Shown one piece after another: positions 61,037 to 64,000 of a stretch of DNA of 64,000 bases. Source of the DNA: Candidatus Equicola faecalis (lineage in GTDB: Bacteria; Bacteroidota; Bacteroidia; Bacteroidales; Bacteroidaceae). The translations under genes and the position numbers were made by a program. Numbering within the stretch: the stretch's first letter is position 1; each line of letters opens with the position of its first letter. The DNA lies in contig JAGHTU010000004.1 in NCBI GenBank assembly GCA_018065185.1, forward strand, positions 60,042 through 124,041, in the 5' to 3' direction. The notes under the pieces were generated by a model. The model did not search any database. It saw only the letters and a program-made list of their open reading frames with translations, and was not told where the DNA came from.

Positions 61037-62050
61037 TCATTTGAGTGCTGCCATCATCTTCGGCAACACGTCTTCTACACTTCCTGTTATCACATAGTCG
61101 GCAATAGCGTTTATCGGTGCTTCTTCATCAGTATTGACGGAGATGATGATGCTTGAATCCTGCATACCGGCAATGTGCTGAATCTGCCCGCTTATGCCAC
61201 AAGCAATATACACTTTAGGATGAACGGTGACACCCGTCTGCCCTATTTGACGGTCATGTTCGCAGAACCCCGCATCCACGGCAGCGCGACTCGCACCCAC
61301 CTCGCCATGAAGCATCTCTGCCAGCGTGTGGAGCATCTCAAAGTTCTCTTTACTGCCCACACCGAAGCCACCAGCCACTATCACCTGTGCCCCGCCGAGA
61401 TTATTACCGTTCTTCTTCACTTCGCGCTTCAGCACTTTTACCACGCAAGCTTCAGGCGACACATACTCTGCCACATCGTGATACACGACCTTAGCATCCT
61501 CGCGACTCATGTCTCCTTCTGCCTTCCTCATCACTCCCGGACGGACAGTCGCCATCTGCGGACGGTTGTCGGGATTGACAATCGTTGCGATGATGTTGCC
61601 TCCGAAAGCAGGGCGTATCTGGTAGAGCAGGTTCTCGTAGTGACGCCCACTCTTGCGGTCGTCATGTGGACCGATTTCGAGTGCCGTACAGTCTGCCGTA
61701 AGTCCGCTCTTCAATGCCGACGACACACGTGGTCCGAGGTCGCGCCCCATCACCGTTGCTCCCATAAGGCACACCTGCGGTTTCTCCTGGCGAAAGAGGT
61801 TGATCAGCACCTCAGCATGAGGCAACGTGGTGTATGGCGCGAGACACTCCGCGTCAAACACATGCAACACATCCACACCAAAGGGCAGTATTTGACGCTC
61901 CACATAGTCTTTTATCCCACTGCCAGCAACCACTGCCTCCAGTTCGCATCCGAGCGTATCTGCCAACTGGCGTCCCTTGCTCAGCAACTCAAATGACACC
62001 TCGCTGACATCTATCCCATCTATCTCGCAATAAACGAATATATTATTCAT
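61037..62050 (-). CDS. etfA: Electron transfer flavoprotein alpha subunit
   Basis: GLTADCT, RPAFGGN, GASRAAVD, QIGQTG and GISGQIQH. Confidence 0.95.
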   Translation of the reverse strand: MNNIFVYCEIDGIDVSEVSFELLSKGRQLADTLGCELEAVVAGSGIKDYVERQILPFGVDVLHVFDAECLAPYTTLPHAEVLINLFRQEKPQVCLMGATVMGRDLGPRVSSALKSGLTADCTALEIGPHDDRKSGRHYENLLYQIRPAFGGNIIATIVNPDNRPQMATVRPGVMRKAEGDMSREDAKVVYHDVAEYVSPEACVVKVLKREVKKNGNNLGGAQVIVAGGFGVGSKENFEMLHTLAEMLHGEVGASRAAVDAGFCEHDRQIGQTGVTVHPKVYIACGISGQIQHIAGMQDSSIIISVNTDEEAPINAIADYVITGSVEDVLPKMMAALK

Positions 62051-62094
62051 ACAAAATGTTTTCTTAGGTTTTGCGTTTTGGGTATTTCACACCC

Positions 62095-62886
62095 CTATAT
62101 TATTTTCTTCTCCTGTAACTCTGTGATAAGGCTCTTGATATCTTCCTCATCGGCAGACAACCTCTTTACCTCTTTTGCTTGAAACACAATGTTCTGTATA
62201 GCTTTCACCTTTGTTGGTGACCCACTGAGCCCACACTGCTGTTCATCACCATCAATATCGTTCACGCTCAACTGCATCACCTCACAATGCTTCTCTGCCA
62301 TAGTGCGCCGTGCATTACGCGGACGGCACGCAGGAGCACTGCCTGTAACAGTCACCACACATGGCATCGGCACTTCCACCACTTCCACACCGGTGTCGAT
62401 ATGGCGCGTTATCGTCAGCACGTCGCCATTGACCTTCACATCCTCGGCATACGTCACCTGCGGAAGCGACAGTTTCTCTGCCACTTGCGGACCCACCTGT
62501 GCCGTATCGCCATCTATCGCCTGACGTCCACCGATGATGATGTCCGGCACACCCAGTTTCTTGATTGCCGTTGCCAAAGCGTATGACGTGGCAAGCGTGT
62601 CGGCACCGGCAAACAGCCTGTCGGTGAGTAGCCATCCCTTATCGGCACCGCGGAACATACCCTCGCGCACTATCTCCTCAGCACGCGGAGGACCCATCGT
62701 GAGCACGGACACTTCCGTATCGGGGTTAGCATCTTTTATTCTCAAGGCCTGCTCCAATGCGTTCATATCATCGGGGTTGAATACTGCCGAAAGGGCACTA
62801 CGATTTATCGTGCCTTCTTCGGTCATTGCGTCCTTCCCCACATTGCGCGTGTCAGGCACCTGTTTTGCAAGTACTATAATCTTCAT
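62095..62886 (-). CDS. etfB: Electron transfer flavoprotein beta subunit
   Basis: KQVPDT, ADTLATS, AIDGDTAQVGP and GLSGSPT. The start is probably MKIIV at 62886. Confidence 0.95.
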   Translation of the reverse strand: MKIIVLAKQVPDTRNVGKDAMTEEGTINRSALSAVFNPDDMNALEQALRIKDANPDTEVSVLTMGPPRAEEIVREGMFRGADKGWLLTDRLFAGADTLATSYALATAIKKLGVPDIIIGGRQAIDGDTAQVGPQVAEKLSLPQVTYAEDVKVNGDVLTITRHIDTGVEVVEVPMPCVVTVTGSAPACRPRNARRTMAEKHCEVMQLSVNDIDGDEQQCGLSGSPTKVKAIQNIVFQAKEVKRLSADEEDIKSLITELQEKKII

Positions 62887-63305
62887 CTCATCTGCTTTAT
62901 TTTCTGTTTTTTCTGTTTTTTCCAATTATAAATATATGATAAGCCTAATATCGGTGTAAGAATTAATATGAAGTGTAATCGGGGTGTATCATCCATAACA
63001 TACTGCACAATAGCTCCAACAATCAATACTTCAAATAAGGAAATAGCATCTTCCGATTCGGTATTTATATATTTATACTCACTCTGCTTAAGTTGTTTTA
63101 CACCTTGAAAAGCACATATAAGCAATACTACTGCCATTGTACCCAAACAACCATAAATAAGATAATTTTCAACATCAGGGGCATATTTTTTCACAACAGA
63201 TTGTGCTACAAGAAAGTAAAAAAGAATAAGTTTGAAAAGACACTCTAAAATGTCCTGCATGACGGTATTATGCTGAGGATGTTGTTGCTTTTCTATGCTT
63301 TCCAT
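62883..63305 (-). CDS. Hypothetical membrane protein
   Basis: AT-rich 140-aa ORF with about 4 hydrophobic segments and an ATGA overlap with etfB. Confidence 0.55.
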   Translation of the reverse strand: MESIEKQQHPQHNTVMQDILECLFKLILFYFLVAQSVVKKYAPDVENYLIYGCLGTMAVVLLICAFQGVKQLKQSEYKYINTESEDAISLFEVLIVGAIVQYVMDDTPRLHFILILTPILGLSYIYNWKKQKKQKIKQMR

Positions 63306-63401
63306 ATTCCGATTTTAAGTCTTTCTCTGCAAATATACTTATTCTTTGAAAACTGAACAAAACATTTCACAGGATATTATCTTAAAGCAATTATATAGTC
63401 A

Positions 63402-63659
63402 CGCAAGTTCAACGAAAACTAAAGTAAGCAGAGAACATCAACAAGCCGAAATGCGACGGTCTTCAACTATGTAAGAACCACCTTTATCCATACGATGCCT
63501 CAAGGTAGAACCAACAGAGCCTCCAAATGATCGCGATGATTTACCCAAATGATCGCGATGATTTACCTAAATGATCACGATGATTTCATCAAATGATCAC
63601 GATCATTTAGAGGCTCCGAGCGGAAGACGGCGAGGCAAGGATGAGAAAACAGCGATTTA
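63402..63659 (-). repeat. Dispersed element family B, copy 3 (inverted)
   Basis: AAATGATC(G/A)CGAT(G/C)ATTT units at 63525, 63547, 63569 and 63591. The flanks are reverse complements of 28810-28850 and 28984-29080. Confidence 0.9.
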
Positions 63660-63793
63660 CTGATGGTTACAGAAATGATTTTAATGTGAATTAGTCAAGC
63701 TTACATTATAGTTAAGATAACATAAAAGAATACTCTTCTTTTTGCGTTTTATTTATATTCTATCTATATTTGCGGTTCAAATATAGTTTGACA

Positions 63794-64000
63794 ATGCGTA
63801 CAATGATGGAAAAAAGGTATTATTATAAGGTAGCGTTTCTACTGGTAATCTTAATGCAAACGGTGATGGCGCAAGGGCAGACGTTGACCCTTGACGAATG
63901 CCGCCAGTTGGCACTGAAGAACAACAAGACACTGCAGACGGCACGGATGCAGCAGGACATTGCCGAAGACGCACGGAAGATAGCACGCACGCAGTATCTG
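63794..64000 (+). CDS. TolC-family outer membrane efflux protein, runs off the window
   Basis: Hand translation gives a signal peptide, then QTLTLDECRQLALKNNKTLQ...ARTQYL. Confidence 0.8.
   Translation, partial: MRTMMEKRYYYKVAFLLVILMQTVMAQGQTLTLDECRQLALKNNKTLQTARMQQDIAEDARKIARTQYL

Noticed and set aside
57747-62886. menA/menG next to ETF and acyl-CoA dehydrogenase as a new respiratory module
   Set aside because: They are convergent, separate transcription units of common Bacteroidales genes, and nothing in the sequence links them functionally.

Overview
This 64 kb window is chromosomal DNA from a Bacteroidales (Prevotella-like) organism, judged from gene content and TAnnTTTG promoters. The backbone is housekeeping: miaA, holA, ppdK, tRNAs, nifJ, mfd, dapA, pheT, lepA, asd, menA, menG, ETF and acyl-CoA dehydrogenase. 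Three accessory blocks interrupt it. (1) 4.5-11.8 kb is an LlaJI/McrBC-like restriction-modification locus with an m5C methylase, an inserted AlbA_2 gene and an unannotated DUF262 remnant. (2) 22.4-28.7 kb is an AT-rich minus-strand operon and the best candidate for an undescribed system. It joins a TerY-P-like triad (Ser/Thr kinase, vWA, PP2C) to a DarT-type DNA ADP-ribosyltransferase fused to the vWA domain, a NADAR-like putative antitoxin ending in a clamp-binding-like QLTLF motif, and a HEPN-like gene. (3) 50.2-54.2 kb holds an IS30-family element with a passenger acyltransferase, followed by a YafQ-type toxin-antitoxin pair. Two families of dispersed non-coding elements built from 4 x 22-bp arrays lie at the edges of the accessory blocks. 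All family assignments come from motifs read by eye; no database search was run.
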